NCBI GenBank assembly: GCA_965215565.1 | Contig: CBDCDZ010000004.1 | Location: 4,192,001-4,256,000 of the forward strand | DNA length: 64,000 nt | Direction of reading: 5' to 3' | Source: Trueperaceae bacterium | Lineage (GTDB): Bacteria; Deinococcota; Deinococci; Deinococcales; Trueperaceae | Shown: in pieces, positions 10,488 to 19,408 of the stretch | Numbering within the stretch: the first letter of the stretch is position 1 | Layout of the letters: each line of letters opens with the position of its first letter | Made by a program: the position numbers and the translations under genes | The notes under the pieces: generated by a model | What the model was told of the DNA's origin: nothing | Database searches by the model: none | Seen by the model: the letters and a program-made list of their open reading frames with translations, nothing else

Positions 10488-11423
10488 TCACTGCCAAACG
10501 CGCAGCAAGCTAAACCTTTCACTTTTCGGCTCCGCTACCGCTACAAGCTCTCCCACCTCGTCCACGAGCCCGACGCGCTCTGTGAGCTTTAAGCTGAGCC
10601 GCTGTCCCTGGCGCACTCTTTTTACCTCTTGTTCGTCCAGTTTAACGAGCGGATAGGGAAGCGCGTCGGCTTTGCTCTTACCTCTTTCATTAGGGAGGGA
10701 CTCTACACTCACCGCCTCTTCTAACCGACTGCGCCCCGCCTGCGTCCTCACCAAACCCGAGAGGTGCGCGGGGACACCTAACGCCGCGCCCAAGTCTCTG
10801 GCGAATGCCCGAATGTACGTTCCTGCTTGCACCTGAACTGAAAGGAGCGCCGTAGGCAACGCCGCAAGAGGTTCAGGTAAGTCGAACACTCGACCCTCTT
10901 CGTTTGGCGTCCAACCTCTTTGCATAGGGCTGAAAGTTTGCGGTAAGGCGTCTCTCGTACTTGCGAAGTCTAAAAGTTGAATGGACCTATAACCCGCTGG
11001 TCGTGGCGGCAACCCTAAATCCTCCCCCTTTCGCGCCGCCTCGTACCCTTTCACGCCCCCTTTTTTGATGGCGGAATACTGCGGCGGAAGCTGCTCGGTT
11101 AGCGCTAAAAAGGGCGGTAACGCAGCCTCTACCTCTTCACGTGTGAGGTATGAGGCGTCACCTCTTTCCGAAATCGGTCCCTCCGCGTCCAGCGTCGGCG
11201 TGCTCGCGCCGAACGAGACCCAAGCGAGATAGGTTTTGTCCGACTCGGTTAGAAAAGGGGAGAGCTTGGTGGCGTCTTCTGTCAGAATGACGAGCACGCC
11301 CGTCGCTAGCGGGTCGAGCGTGCCTGCGTGACCGATGCGTTTAGTTTTGAGGAGTTTTCGCGTCCGCGCTACGACATCGTGTGAGGTGACGCTGAGAGGT
11401 TTATCGACGATAAAAACAGCCAT
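10488..11423 (-). CDS. truB: tRNA pseudouridine(55) synthase
   Basis: GHAGTLDPLATGVL, PPQYSAIK, GTYIRA. Confidence 0.97.
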   Translation of the reverse strand: MAVFIVDKPLSVTSHDVVARTRKLLKTKRIGHAGTLDPLATGVLVILTEDATKLSPFLTESDKTYLAWVSFGASTPTLDAEGPISERGDASYLTREEVEAALPPFLALTEQLPPQYSAIKKGGVKGYEAARKGEDLGLPPRPAGYRSIQLLDFASTRDALPQTFSPMQRGWTPNEEGRVFDLPEPLAALPTALLSVQVQAGTYIRAFARDLGAALGVPAHLSGLVRTQAGRSRLEEAVSVESLPNERGKSKADALPYPLVKLDEQEVKRVRQGQRLSLKLTERVGLVDEVGELVAVAEPKSERFSLLRVWQ

Positions 11424-11441
11424 ACCTCTTTCATACCACCA

Positions 11442-11517
11442 GCAGGTATCGTCCGGTCACAGACACTATCACCATATAGAACATCCTTTAGTACACATAT
11501 CAGGTGATGGCACCTGC
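11442..11517 (+). repeat. Family A 76-bp inverted-repeat core
   Basis: GCAGGTATCGTC...GATGGCACCTGC. Confidence 0.7.
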
Positions 11518-11569
11518 GGCAATTTATCATCACACGGTGTTGTCACACCTTTATCATCCGTCTGACCTC

Positions 11570-11598
11570 TTGACAAAATGTTGCAGATATACAACAAT
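11570..11598 (+). promoter_or_regulatory. Promoter with palindromic operator for the Xre operon
   Basis: TTGACA followed by TGTTG-N8-CAACA (11579-11596). Confidence 0.55.
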
Positions 11599-11624
11599 AC
11601 GTTTTAAGAAAAAGACGAGGAGAG

Positions 11625-11900
11625 GTGCGCGTGCCGGGAGACAAACTGACCATCTACAACCGCCTCTCCGTGCTGCGGGCGGAGCGCGGGTTGTCGCGTC
11701 AAGAGCTAGCGGACGCCGTCGGGGTGAACTACCAGACGGTGGGGTATTTAGAGCGCGGCGACTACAACCCGAGTTTGGAATTGGCGTTTCGGCTCTCGGA
11801 GTTTTTTGAGTTGCCTATCGAGGTCATTTTCTCGACTAAGCCCCTTGAGCCTCTTAGCGAAGCGCTTTACAAATTTCAGAAGGGGAGTGAAGCAGCGTGA
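11625..11900 (+). CDS. Xre/Cro-family HTH regulator
   Basis: NRLSVLRAERGLSRQELADAVGVNYQTVGYLERGDYNPSLELA. Confidence 0.92.
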   Translation: MRVPGDKLTIYNRLSVLRAERGLSRQELADAVGVNYQTVGYLERGDYNPSLELAFRLSEFFELPIEVIFSTKPLEPLSEALYKFQKGSEAA

Positions 11901-12406
11901 CTAACCTATTTAGATTTCGTTCACCGCTCAAGCGAAATGTTCGGCGCGTGCTTATTGTCGTTACCCTCACTATGCTTACGCTGTATCTCGGGCTGGCTTT
12001 ATATGGCGGCAGATTTAGCTGGGAAGGTCTTCTCCTTCTCTTTCTTTTCTGGCTTTTCGTATCACGCCTTTGTTACTCAACTTCAATCGTTATGAGTACG
12101 TCTTATCCGTTCAGGAGTAGGAAGGAGAGGCGCTTAGATGAGCGTCAGGAGAGTTTATTAAACCAAGCGTACCGTTTAGCTTACTTCGTCGCCGTTCCGC
12201 TTGCACTGGTCATTTTACTCGTGGATTTCTTTGGTTTTGGCGACACTCAAACTTTTTATAACAACTTGGGAGGTATTACCTCAATTCTAATCTACGCAAA
12301 CTTTTGCCTGATTGCGACGCTTCCAATGATGTACATTGCCTGGCTCGAGCCCGATCCCATCCAAGAGGGAACCGCTTACTCAGTTAAGAAAGGAAGTACA
12401 ACATGA
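11897..12406 (+). CDS. 4-TM membrane protein (DERQ...AY...WLEPDP family)
   Basis: Overlaps the Xre gene stop; paralog of the next gene. Confidence 0.75.
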   Translation: MTNLFRFRSPLKRNVRRVLIVVTLTMLTLYLGLALYGGRFSWEGLLLLFLFWLFVSRLCYSTSIVMSTSYPFRSRKERRLDERQESLLNQAYRLAYFVAVPLALVILLVDFFGFGDTQTFYNNLGGITSILIYANFCLIATLPMMYIAWLEPDPIQEGTAYSVKKGSTT

Positions 12407-12903
12407 GGCTGACGAAACCTTTTCACCTCGAGCTGAGCCGCTTCTGGCGCAGGGTCCTTGTGGTTCTTCTCTACGCCCTCGACGCCGGGCTGATCACCTT
12501 TTGGGCCTTGTTACCTCCTCCCTTATCCACCTCATTCACGCCATTGGTGCAGTGGGTGTCGCTTGCAGCGTTTGCGCTGATGGTCCTCACTGCGCTCGTT
12601 CTGTACGCCTCAACGGGCGGCGTCTCTGACATACACGACCGTGACCTCTATCCAAACGCCAAACCGCCCCCTGTTGATGAGCGCCAAGAAAAGGTCCGCA
12701 ACCAGGCTTACCTCATAGCCTATCTCATCTTGGGTCCGAGTCTGCTCGTACTCATCCCCTCAGCGGGGCAGATTGCTCCAATATGGCTCGTCACGCTTGG
12801 GCTTTTGCTCTACGCGGTTTTACCCATTGTAGTACTGGCCTGGCTCGAGCCCGACCCCCTCCCAAACGAAGACACCGAGGACGCACCGCACCTCTTGACG
12901 TAA
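12403..12903 (+). CDS. 4-TM membrane protein, paralog of the previous gene
   Basis: DERQ..NQAY..AY and AWLEPDP shared; ATGA overlap. Confidence 0.75.
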   Translation: MRLTKPFHLELSRFWRRVLVVLLYALDAGLITFWALLPPPLSTSFTPLVQWVSLAAFALMVLTALVLYASTGGVSDIHDRDLYPNAKPPPVDERQEKVRNQAYLIAYLILGPSLLVLIPSAGQIAPIWLVTLGLLLYAVLPIVVLAWLEPDPLPNEDTEDAPHLLT

Positions 12904-12950
12904 GCCCGGCGCGACCTCTTGGTCTGTAGCAGCGCTAAGATGAGAAGGAC

Positions 12951-14090
12951 ATGACATGGCTCGCTAGCGCTACTCTATTCCTTTGGCTCGTCCTCGCCCT
13001 CGACTGGTATAGGGGAATGCGCCGCATCACACAGCTTACATATGGCGCGCCGACATTAGAGGCATGCCCGGTGCTTTCAGTTGTTATCCCTGCTCTAAAC
13101 GAGGAGCGAGACATCGAGCGGAGTTTGGAATCCGTCTTAGCGCAGGATTACCCGAACTTAGAGGTCATCGTCTTGAACGACCGCTCGACGGACCGCACGG
13201 GTGAGATTTTGGAGGGGATGAAGGAGAGGGTTTCGCGCTTAGAGGTCATCCATATCGACACGCTGCCCAGCGGGTGGCTCGGCAAGAATCACGCTCTGTA
13301 TGTGGGCGCGAAGAGGGCGAAAGGTGAATGGCTCCTTTTTACCGACGCGGACGTGCGTTTTGATGAACGTGCCCTCGCTACCGCTGTCGCTTACGCCCAA
13401 AAGCAAAGCCTAGACCACCTCGCCGCGCTTCCTTGCTTGGAGGCGAAGAGCGTCCCACTCAAGTCGTTCGTCTCGGCGTTTTCACTCCTCTTTAGCATCT
13501 ACAGCCAACCGTGGCGCGTCACGAAGCCAAAGTCCAGGTGGCACATCGGTATCGGCGCATTTAACCTCTTGAAAAAAGAGGTGTACGAAAAGGTAGGCAC
13601 GCACCAAGCTATCGCCCTGCGCCCGGACGACGATATGAAGCTCGGCAAGCTCGTGAAGAGGGCGGGTTACAAACAAGAGGCGGTCTTTGCGCCCGAGCTG
13701 ATGCAAGTGGAGTGGTATACGGGCTTACGGGAGGCGATTCGTGGACTCAATAAAAACGCCTCTGCGGGATTAAATTACTCGCTACCTCTTGCTCTACTCG
13801 GCGTTGCTAGCCTCTTCGTGACGAACGTGCTCCCTTTTGCCGCAGTATTTTTCGCGGAGGGGTTGGCGCGTTGGCTGTTCGCCTTTTCCGTTGTCACCGT
13901 ATTCCTCGTCTACGTTTGGAACAAGCGGCTTTCCAAGTTGCCCGCATGGTACGCGGCGCTGCACCCTTTTGGCATCACAATGGTTCTTTACGCGACGTTA
14001 GAAGCGGTTGCTAAAGCTCTTTGGCGCGGGAGTATTTCGTGGCGGGGTACGCGCTATTCGCTCTCAGAGTTGAGGAAGAACAAGGTGTAG
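12951..14090 (+). CDS. GT2 glycosyltransferase (HpnB/CrtQ/CruC-like)
   Basis: IPALNEE, DRSTD, GWLGKNHAL, FTDADV, DDMKLG, ISWRG. Confidence 0.85.
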   Translation: MTWLASATLFLWLVLALDWYRGMRRITQLTYGAPTLEACPVLSVVIPALNEERDIERSLESVLAQDYPNLEVIVLNDRSTDRTGEILEGMKERVSRLEVIHIDTLPSGWLGKNHALYVGAKRAKGEWLLFTDADVRFDERALATAVAYAQKQSLDHLAALPCLEAKSVPLKSFVSAFSLLFSIYSQPWRVTKPKSRWHIGIGAFNLLKKEVYEKVGTHQAIALRPDDDMKLGKLVKRAGYKQEAVFAPELMQVEWYTGLREAIRGLNKNASAGLNYSLPLALLGVASLFVTNVLPFAAVFFAEGLARWLFAFSVVTVFLVYVWNKRLSKLPAWYAALHPFGITMVLYATLEAVAKALWRGSISWRGTRYSLSELRKNKV

Positions 14091-14212
14091 GCGGTGTGTC
14101 AATAGGCTCGGCTGTCCTCTGCGACGTGTCGATTACGGGAGAGGGAGAGGGCTCGAGCCCTCTCTCACGTCTAGCAACCGTTCCGACTTCACAAAAACGA
14201 CTTTATAAAAAC

Positions 14213-15985
14213 TCAGACAACGAGCCGATTTCTACCTCCGCGCTTCGCCTCGTAGAGCTTCTTGTCCGCGATGCCGACGAGCTTCTCGTGATTCTCGGAG
14301 GCGAGATCATCGGAGAGACCGGCGCTCATCGTGATTTTAAGCTCGGGGTGGAAGGTGTGCCAGGGGTAATCTTGAATCGTCTGGCGGATGCGCTCGACGA
14401 TGTGCGCCGCGTTCTGTGAGGGCGTTTCGGGTAGCACGATGACGAACTCCTCGCCGCCGTAACGCGCCACCGTGTCGCCTTGGCGGACGCCCGCTTTAAG
14501 AAGCCTCGCGACCTCTTTAAGGACCACGTCGCCCATCTGATGCGAGAAGTCGTCGTTAACGCGCTTGAAGTGGTCGATGTCGCACACGACGACGCTGAGC
14601 GCGTGTTCGTGGCGCTTGGCGTGGGCGAAGGTTTTCGCCAGGGTCTCGTCTAGGTGGCGGCGGTTGTAGAGACCGGTCAGACCGTCTTCACGCGACTGTC
14701 TCTCCAGCCGGCTCAGCAGGGCGGCCTTTTCGTCGTTGGCGCTTCGCAGCGACGCGGTCAGCTCGCGGAGCGCCTCGACTGCCTGGGCTAGCTCGACGTT
14801 CTTGAGGCGGTAGAGTTCGTTCTCGTGCTCGGTCTGCTCGACCTCATACTGGACGCGCAGCGCCTGGAGTCTGAGGTCGGACTCGCGGTTGAACGCCGCC
14901 TGAGTGAGTTCGTCGTGTTTTTCCAGGTGCGAGCAAGCCTCGCGGAACTGGCGGTTCTTTTTGTACGCGGTGGCGAGGGCGCGGTGCGCTTTGCGGACTT
15001 CGTCGCCCGCGTCGCTCCTCTGCGCGTTGGTGAGACCTTCGTGCAGGGTGTCCAAGGCAAGCTCGAGCCGCCCGAGGCGCAAGTAGAGATTGCCGAGCTG
15101 TAAGCAGACCTCAGCCTCCCCCTTGGTGTCGCCCGCACCCCGCTTGGTTCCCAAGCTCTCCACTAAACACGCTTCCGCTTGCTCCATCTGCTCGAGCTTG
15201 ACGTAAATCGCCGCAAGGTCGTCTTGCGCGTAGCTCGCGCCTAAACGGTCGTCCAAAGCGGTCATGAGCGTCAGGCTTTCCTGGTTGTGGACGAGCGCCT
15301 GCTCAAACTGACCAAGCTGCAAGTAGGTGCGCCCGAGGTGATTGCGCAAGAGCGCGTGGGTGTGTTCGTCTTCGGCTTCGCCGCTCTGGGCTTGCAAAAA
15401 AGCGTCCAGCGCCTCTGTAAAGCGCCCTCGCTCGAAGTAGACCATCCCGATATTGATGAGCGTCCCGACTTCGCCTCGCGCATGTTCGGCGTCGCGGAAG
15501 ACGTCGAGCGCTCTAAAGTAGTAGTCCAGCGCGTTCGTGTGGTCGCCGAGGTTGAAGTAGGCGATGCCTATATTGTTGAAGGTGTCCGCCAACGCTTTTG
15601 TCTTGCCTAGCTCGGCGCATAGGGGCTGCAACGTTAAAAAGGTCTTCAGTGCGCCCGCGTAATCGCCAGACTGACCGTGGATGATGCCCAGCAGGTTGAG
15701 CGCTCTGCGCCTCCCCTCCTCGTCTTGCGAAGCGTCGAGATGTTTGAGGGCGCGCTGCACCTTGTCGCGGGCTACCTGGAGGTCGGACGAGCGCATCGCG
15801 CCGTAGCTCAGGGTGATGAGGCTGAGCGCCTGACCCCGCTCGCAACCTGCCCTCCTCGCGCGGTGGAGCGCTTCCTCGGCGAGTCGTAGCGCCCGCCTCG
15901 TGTCAGTGCGGTGCAGCGTCCAAGCGAGTGCGTTAAGCTCGTCGATTTCGTGGGTGGTAGGGCCTATAAGGTCTGCGCAGATCAT
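14213..15985 (-). CDS. TPR-repeat diguanylate cyclase
   Basis: TPR array; DGLTGLYNRR, DIDHFKRVND, RQGD I-site, GGEEF; AAGGAG RBS before ATG at 15985. Confidence 0.92.
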   Translation of the reverse strand: MICADLIGPTTHEIDELNALAWTLHRTDTRRALRLAEEALHRARRAGCERGQALSLITLSYGAMRSSDLQVARDKVQRALKHLDASQDEEGRRRALNLLGIIHGQSGDYAGALKTFLTLQPLCAELGKTKALADTFNNIGIAYFNLGDHTNALDYYFRALDVFRDAEHARGEVGTLINIGMVYFERGRFTEALDAFLQAQSGEAEDEHTHALLRNHLGRTYLQLGQFEQALVHNQESLTLMTALDDRLGASYAQDDLAAIYVKLEQMEQAEACLVESLGTKRGAGDTKGEAEVCLQLGNLYLRLGRLELALDTLHEGLTNAQRSDAGDEVRKAHRALATAYKKNRQFREACSHLEKHDELTQAAFNRESDLRLQALRVQYEVEQTEHENELYRLKNVELAQAVEALRELTASLRSANDEKAALLSRLERQSREDGLTGLYNRRHLDETLAKTFAHAKRHEHALSVVVCDIDHFKRVNDDFSHQMGDVVLKEVARLLKAGVRQGDTVARYGGEEFVIVLPETPSQNAAHIVERIRQTIQDYPWHTFHPELKITMSAGLSDDLASENHEKLVGIADKKLYEAKRGGRNRLVV

Positions 15986-16229
15986 CTCGAGGCTCCTTTC
16001 TGGTCTCACTCTAGAGGATGTCCCCTTACACGCTTCTTACAAGCTTGCTTATAGGGAGCTTGCCGCGCCCTCGCCGCAAGGAGCAGCGCGCGAGCGTCTG
16101 TAAGAATTTTGTAAGGTTATCCGCTCTATGCTCGGCAGGAGTATCTCGAGCTGTGCGTGAGCCGCGCAGCCGACATGTGAAAAATATCTATCTGCGAGGC
16201 AGCGCGTAGGCGCTGCGGAAAGGTCGAAT

Positions 16230-19200
16230 ATGTTCCAGACAGTTTGGTGGCGCGCCGCGCTCGCGGCGCTCACTGCCGCCGCGCTCAGCGCGTGCGGCGG
16301 CGCTCCCGCCCCGGACGCCGAGCCGCCCGTCCGTTACGACTACGCGCTGAGCGTCGACATCACGCCGCAGGACAGCCGCGCGGAGGTAGAGGCGCGTTAC
16401 GGCGCGTCAGCCCTCGTTTGGCACCCTGAGGCGGGCTTCGCCGTGCTTGGCGTCGAGGGCAGCCTGGTCCCGCCGGACGCCGAGGCGCTCCGCGAGAACA
16501 ACAAGGACGCTTTTAGCATTCCTGGTGTGAGCGCGCTGGGGCGCAACTCTTGGGCGAGCGGCCGCAATTCCTGGGCGAGCGGCTGGAATGCGGTAGCGGG
16601 TGGCGCGGATGAAGCCGTGCGCACCACCTTCGAGCAAAACCTGACCGCGTGGCGGCAGGTCAGGCTCGCCGAGGGTCAAGCGCTCGCGCCCAGCTTAGGG
16701 CGCGGGGTCAAGGTCGCGGTCATCGACACGGGCGTCGACGTGTATCACCCCGCGCTGCAGGGCAGGCTCGCCCCCAAGAGCGAGTGGAAGGACTTCGTGG
16801 ACGGCGACGCGCTCCCGCTCGACGAGCGCTCTGACGCGGGCAACGGGGGACATGGGCACGGCACGGGCGTGGCGGGCGTGATCTTGCAAGTCGCGCCCGA
16901 AGCAACCATCTTGCCTCTTCGCGTGTTGCGCTCGGACGGCTCGGGCGACCTCACGGACGTCGCGCTGGCTATCGACTGGGCGGTCCAAAGCGGTGCGGAC
17001 GTCATCAACCTCTCGCTCGGGGCGCATGGCGACACGGACTCCAAAGCCCTATCGCGAGTGCTCAAGTACGCGCGCCAGCAGCGCGGCGTCCTCTTCGCTG
17101 TGTCCTCGGGCAACTCCGGCGACGACAAGGTTGCCTATCCTGCTAAACTCGCCCGTCGCGGCGGCTTCGAGCACCTCGTCAGCGTCGGCAGCGTGGACGC
17201 GCTGCGCGTCCGCTCGGCTTTCTCGACCTACGGTTCGGACGTCAGCCTTTATGCGCCCGGTGAAGCGGTCTACACGCTCGCGCCCGAACGCGGTGTTATG
17301 CACTGCACCGGCACCTCCTTCGCTGCGCCCGTTGTGGCGGGCGCGCTGGCGCTAGCCCTCGGCGACTTTGGGGACGATCCGGTGACGCACGCCCAGACGC
17401 TCCTTTCATCCGTCAGTGACGATGTTGATACGAGGGACGACACGGCGGATGGTGCGGACACGGGGATGCTCGACGCTGGACGCTTCTTGAACGTGGTTAA
17501 AGGGGTGACAGGCGAGATGGTTCTCAGCAGCAGTACCGTGCTCGAGAACCAAGCGGCAGGCGAGGTGGTAGGGCGCTTCAGCGTGACGGACGGTAGCCTT
17601 CCGAGTTACAGCCTGGTGCCGGGTGAGACCGACAACGGTAGTTTTACCCTTACCAACGACGAACTCAGAACCGCCGAACGCTTCGACTACGAAACCAAGC
17701 GCAGCTACAGCGTTCTTGTCGAGGCGAATGACGGTAGCGGTAATACCTTGCGCAAGGACTTTACCGTGACCGTTCAAAACTTGGACGAGCAAAACCCTAA
17801 CGCAACGTTTGACAACCCCGGCACACTAACTGAAGGGGAAGCGGTGACGCTCACCGGAAGCGCCAGTGACGACGTGGATGTGCGCAAGCTCGAGCTGTAC
17901 GAAGACGGCCTCCTGCTGGGCGAGGCTACCCTCGCGCCGCCTGGCTCCAGCAGCGACTGGCACTACCTCTACACCCCGCGCTCCGCTGGCACCTTCACGC
18001 TCAAGTTGATAGCCTACGACGCGGCGGGTAACACACTAGCGACAACCCTGACGGTGACGGTAGTAGAGGTAAAGGGATGGTCCGTGCAGTTCGGTGACGA
18101 CACTACCACCGACGATGCCGAAAGCATTACGGCTGACGCCGAAGGCAACCTCTACCTTGCGGGCAAGACCAGCGGCAACTTAGCGGGTACCTCTAGTGGC
18201 AAGCTCGACGTCTTTGTGATGAAGCTTAATAGTCGCGGTGAGCGAGTGTGGGCAGATCAGTTCGGCAGCGGCGGCAATGATGATGCTGAAGGCGTCGCCG
18301 TTGACGCAGCAGGCAACCTCTACGTGGTGGGCTACACGCATGGTAGCCTCGATCCTGAGGGCAGCAACTTCGGCAACACGGACGCCTTTATCGCTCAGTA
18401 TAGCGAGGGCAGTGACGGTGTGCTGAAGCTGAGCTGGAGGAAACAGTTTGGCGCGGCGGGTCATGAGAAGGCTGAAGCTGTGGCGGTTGACGCGGCGGGC
18501 AATATCTACATTACGGGTCACACTACGAGCGGCTCGGCGGACTTCGACAAAGACGTCTTCGTGGCTAGATATGACAGTAGCGGCGTCCAGAAAGGGTTCA
18601 GTCAGTTTGGCAGCTCCGCCGACGAGGAAGGCAAAGATATCGCTGTTGACGCGACGGGCAATGTCTACATCACAGGCTATACAGATGGTGACCTGAAGGG
18701 TTTGGGTTCTAACGCAGGTGGTTTCGACCTCTTTATCGCCAAGTATAGAAGTAGTGGCGAGCAGGAATGGCTCAAGCAGTTCGGCAGCGAGGTTGACGAT
18801 GAGGGCAAAGGCATTGCTGTTGACGCAGCAGGTAACGCCTACGTTGTTGGTTATACGCGCGGCAGTTTAGAATTGGGTTACCAAAACGCCGGCAATTCCG
18901 ACTTTGTTATTGCCAAGTACGACAGTACTGGCAAGCAGGAATGGCTCGAGCAGTTCGGCAGCGCATCGGATGACGGTGCTCACGCCGCCGCAATTGACGC
19001 CCAAGGCTACATCGTCGTTACTGGTTATACCTATTCCGACGATATCCTCGCCCTGAAATATGACAGCGCGGGCAATCAGGTTTGGGCGGAGCAGCTCGGC
19101 AGTGCCCAGCGCGAGCACGTTGACGGTATCGCGGCGGATATGCGAGGCAACGTTTTCATCACAGGTTATACAGAGAGCACGTTGGATGGAGCGCCCATAA

Positions 19201-19253
19201 CGGGTAGGAACATTTTTGTTATGAAGCTTGATAGCAACGTTGCCTTACAGTAA
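16230..19253 (+). CDS. S8 subtilisin-like lipoprotein with cadherin/Ig-like and SBBP beta-propeller domains
   Basis: Lipobox LSAC; VAVIDTG, GHGTGVAG, GTSFAAP triad; FDYETK cadherin; repeated VDAAGNxYxxGYT. Confidence 0.9.
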   Translation: MFQTVWWRAALAALTAAALSACGGAPAPDAEPPVRYDYALSVDITPQDSRAEVEARYGASALVWHPEAGFAVLGVEGSLVPPDAEALRENNKDAFSIPGVSALGRNSWASGRNSWASGWNAVAGGADEAVRTTFEQNLTAWRQVRLAEGQALAPSLGRGVKVAVIDTGVDVYHPALQGRLAPKSEWKDFVDGDALPLDERSDAGNGGHGHGTGVAGVILQVAPEATILPLRVLRSDGSGDLTDVALAIDWAVQSGADVINLSLGAHGDTDSKALSRVLKYARQQRGVLFAVSSGNSGDDKVAYPAKLARRGGFEHLVSVGSVDALRVRSAFSTYGSDVSLYAPGEAVYTLAPERGVMHCTGTSFAAPVVAGALALALGDFGDDPVTHAQTLLSSVSDDVDTRDDTADGADTGMLDAGRFLNVVKGVTGEMVLSSSTVLENQAAGEVVGRFSVTDGSLPSYSLVPGETDNGSFTLTNDELRTAERFDYETKRSYSVLVEANDGSGNTLRKDFTVTVQNLDEQNPNATFDNPGTLTEGEAVTLTGSASDDVDVRKLELYEDGLLLGEATLAPPGSSSDWHYLYTPRSAGTFTLKLIAYDAAGNTLATTLTVTVVEVKGWSVQFGDDTTTDDAESITADAEGNLYLAGKTSGNLAGTSSGKLDVFVMKLNSRGERVWADQFGSGGNDDAEGVAVDAAGNLYVVGYTHGSLDPEGSNFGNTDAFIAQYSEGSDGVLKLSWRKQFGAAGHEKAEAVAVDAAGNIYITGHTTSGSADFDKDVFVARYDSSGVQKGFSQFGSSADEEGKDIAVDATGNVYITGYTDGDLKGLGSNAGGFDLFIAKYRSSGEQEWLKQFGSEVDDEGKGIAVDAAGNAYVVGYTRGSLELGYQNAGNSDFVIAKYDSTGKQEWLEQFGSASDDGAHAAAIDAQGYIVVTGYTYSDDILALKYDSAGNQVWAEQLGSAQREHVDGIAADMRGNVFITGYTESTLDGAPITGRNIFVMKLDSNVALQ

Positions 19254-19272
19254 CCACAACATCCCCTACTTG

Positions 19273-19306
19273 GAGGAGGCTCGAGCTTGCTCGAGCCTCC
19301 TCTTTT
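19273..19306 (+). terminator. Intrinsic terminator
   Basis: GAGGAGGCTCGAGC-TT-GCTCGAGCCTCCTC followed by TTTT. Confidence 0.75.
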
Positions 19307-19408
19307 GAATCTATTCGCTCAGGCGCGACCTCACACCCCTCCACTCAAAGACGTGGCATTTCTCACGGCTGAAATAGGGCGAGCGGTGCGCCCATTATAC
19401 TAGCCGGT

